DNA of 63,404 nucleotides, filler included, from Hausera hauseri (Eukaryota), in NCBI GenBank assembly GCA_046269625.1. It is 12 parts of 12 records of this genome, joined end to end, with 100 filler letters (N's around TTAATTAATTAA, not from the genome) between each part and the next. Parts side by side here need not be neighbours in the genome. Positions count along the whole stretch, not along the records: positions 58,905 to 63,404 come from JBJURY010552228.1; 11 more parts are not named here. The stretch is one strand, 5' to 3'. The notes under the pieces are model-generated. The model saw nothing but the letters and a program-made list of their open reading frames with translations, was not told the origin of the DNA and did not search any database. The number at the start of each line of letters is the position of its first letter. Position 1 is the stretch's first letter. The translations under genes and the position numbers were made by a program. Positions 60,561 to 63,404 of this stretch are shown one piece after another.

Positions 60561-63123
60561 CATGGCATAACTAAACTAAGTTGCAAAATTGTGCTTATCG
60601 TATATAATGATATAAATTATTAATTTTTAAGTACATTGGAAATTGTTCCTGTTGGCCGCTGACGCGTCCACGCCGTCCACATCGTCGCCCAGTTTGGATA
60701 GGGTTGGAAAATCCCCGTCCCCTAGTATGTCAGCTAAAGCAGAATTTGACCGCCTGTAATCACTCATTGCAAAGTAAGACCAGTTGTTGAAAATTTTATT
60801 GTATCTCAAAATACTCATTTGGAAACAAATTTTCCGAAAATTCCAAAATTAAACTATACTTTTAATATTACATTTTTAATTTAAATTCATCGTCGAATTT
60901 TAAAATTTAAAAAAACTTTTAATTTAATTTTAGAATTTCAGTTCTCGATTATATCCTCACAATTATATTTTGCATATCTCTCTGACTATTTGTTATAAAA
61001 ACCCAAATTTACAAAAAATTCGATTTTTGTAAGTCACAAATGGCTGAATATGGTTGAACAGGGTGAGGCCAGCCAATGAAATACAGTGCATTTTACATCA
61101 ATAGTTGCAGCCTTATTATCATGTTATGTATGGTGGTGTTTGAATAAAACCACTATGAACAATCGACAGGGTGTTATGTATAAACGTGTTTTCATGTGTA
61201 ATTATAAAATTGTCATAATTCTTACTTAACATTTAAACCATAAAAACAAAAATTCGAGAGTAATGTTTGTGTTACAAATAACATAAGTTGTAAATAATAA
61301 TACGGTTTATGTTAATGTTCCAGACGAGTATTATGGCTAGTAGTAAGATCTTAGAAAGGAATCTCGAGATTTCAAGAAAAGAACTTATATGAGTGTGAGG
61401 AGGAATTTAAACGGATATTAATGTTTAAATTCAATTCGAAGTTAATTCAATAAATAGCCAATATAAAGTCATGAAATTAAGAAAAGGATGAAAATAAGAC
61501 TCATTTAATGAGTGAAGGAGATAATTGTTATACAAACTTTCATAATAAATCTCTTATGGATAATTCTGTTTTACATTCATCAAGTCAGGTTGAGGTCGGG
61601 ATGGTAGAGGCGCGATCTACTAACACAAATGATTACTAATTCCAAACGAACATACATAGAAGGTCGAACTTTAATTTCACTTGATTTTACTATATTCCCT
61701 GCTAAATTCGACCATCTTTTGCAACAAAACCTCTTTAATTGTTGCTAACTCTTCAACGGCCGTTTCAATTTGCCTTTGTTTGACCACTGTAACATATGCC
61801 TTTTTGTAAATAATAAAACCAGTTCTCATGTTAATGATTACGGCCAGCATTTCCTCGAATTTTTCGAAATCATTCGTTTGTTTTCGTTCCAGTACTCTTT
61901 TGTTTGTTTTCCCTAAATTGATTTTATTTTCATTTGTACCTTTACCAATTTACCCTGTCGATCCAAACGAGCATTCAACATTCCATGTGCTGAAATGAAA
62001 AATACATATTTTTCAGCTTCAATCGGAGATAGGCCGCATTCTTCCGATAGAACCTTGACGCACACCTCGCGCATTTGCTCCATATTCTACGACTACGTAA
62101 TATACTTCTTACAATGAAAGCTAACTGTGACAAAATGGGTTATACGAAAATGAGTCAGTTACGATGCATATTGGCCCACATTAACCGAAAATCAAACACT
62201 TTTAATCTGCCGTTTTTTGCATTTCAATTAATTTAGCGCAGTGTGCAGACTTTGAGAGATTTTATCTACAGCTCAATTTCAATTTCAACTTGTTATCTGA
62301 CAATTTTTCAATTCTCCAGTCATTCAGTTTCATCAGTTTTGTTCAATTCTAGCCGATTTTCGTTCGAACTTAGTATTTTGGCTGATTCCCTTTTTGAAAA
62401 ATGTAGTCCTGTTTCAGTTGAAATTTTTACACATTCTGTACAAAATCCCCAGTGTTGTTCCATTCAGTTGATTCTAAAACTCTATAGTTTTTTGATGGAA
62501 CTAACATCTGTACTTGTTCAATTCGACGATATTTTCGCCCTACCTTCGACCAAACATCTTGATGGTCTGTCGAACTAAAAATAGTCATCTAATATTCAAT
62601 CGTAGATACATTAGTGGCCAAGTACTATGAAATTTAGAACTTGTGTTCTAATATTCATAAAATCCTAGTAGTCACAGTTGGGTCACTTTCTCATTCATAA
62701 TAAATTTTTATGCATGAACTGTTCTGCTTGGATCATCATTGTCAGAATGTTCACATTTATTTATCAGAACAAACATATCAGGTCGCATTGAATGGGTCGA
62801 TTGAAATAAAATAAACCGTTTCTCTTAAAATACTTTAAATTTAAATAAATATAAGAAAATAGTTTGGAGTAGCACTTATCTGACTACAGATTCACAAGTA
62901 CAAAATTTATACTGTTTAATAATAAGTAGGGGGAAGTGAACGCACTGCGCCAACCCCCCCCCCCCGGGGAAGAAAATTTTTGAGGTTGACCAATCAGAGA
63001 GCAGGAAGGGGAAGAAAAAAATGAGATTGACCAATCAGAGTGGAGGAAGTGTGTGTGTCGGTGAAGAAAATTAACCAATGAGAGCGCAGGATTCCCAGCT
63101 CTAAATTTTATATAGGAAAATGT

Positions 63124-63404
63124 GGCGCAGTCGTGGTTTCACTATTCCCACCACCTTTTTGTTTAAATTTTGGTTGTGAACAAAGCATTTTTTGGCGCAG
63201 TCGTGGTTTCACTATTCCCACCACCTTTTTGTTTAAATTTTGGTTGTGAACAAAGCATTTTTTGGCGCANNNNNNNNNNNNNNNNNNNNNNNNNNNNNNN
63301 NNNNNNNNNNNNNNNNNNNNNNNNNNNNNNNNNNNNNNNNNNNNNNNNNNNNNNNNNNNNNNNNNNNNNGTCGTGGTTTCACTATTCCCACCACTTTAAT
63401 TTTG
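63124..63404. repeat. Tandem repeat of about 70 bp, collapsed across a gap
   Basis: ggcgcagtcgtggtttcactattcccaccac...tttt at least 3 copies. Confidence 0.9.

Noticed and set aside
61700-62620. Possible degraded LINE ORF1 (PHD/coiled coil) on the minus strand; ORF 62243-62578 on plus
   Set aside because: Too many stops to support an assignment; the plus ORF is probably an antisense shadow
1-63404. Reading the window as one giant virus or island
   Set aside because: It is 12 independently concatenated scaffolds; cross-linker synteny is meaningless
63124-63404. CRISPR-like appearance
   Set aside because: Units repeat in full with no unique spacers; eukaryotic context; no cas genes

Overview
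This window is not one locus. It is 12 unplaced scaffolds of an AT-rich eukaryotic (invertebrate-like, inferred) assembly, joined by artificial 100-bp linkers (44 N + TTAATTAATTAA + 44 N), so adjacency across linkers means nothing. Most scaffolds are decayed mobile or viral DNA. (1) Five pieces of Polinton/Maverick (adintovirus-like) protein-primed DNA polymerase B. Two related copies (18806-25737 and 29967-39087) share an accessory cassette: dUTPase, a DEDD-like nuclease and two paralogous putative SSBs. The longer copy also carries a TBP-like gene, packaging ATPase, pX-like protein and integrase. (2) Two gene-dense, virus-like accessory regions with RING, ankyrin, FN3-like/TM and inactive REX4-like genes; these genes and one polB contain 36-54 nt candidate GT-AG introns. 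(3) Two divergent elements with a chuvirus-type glycoprotein preceded by a shared AT-hook ORF; one ORF has an inserted ubiquitin-like domain, and in the other element a retropepsin follows the glycoprotein. (4) A Ty3/Gypsy element, a piggyBac remnant, SINE-like repeats and a 4.7-kb degenerate (AAC)n tract. (5) One host-gene scaffold in which TRAPPC11-like, ribophorin-II-like and beta-heavy-spectrin sequence is abutted almost without introns. All assignments come from motif recognition by eye; no database searches were run and boundaries are approximate. No capsid or adenain gene was seen.
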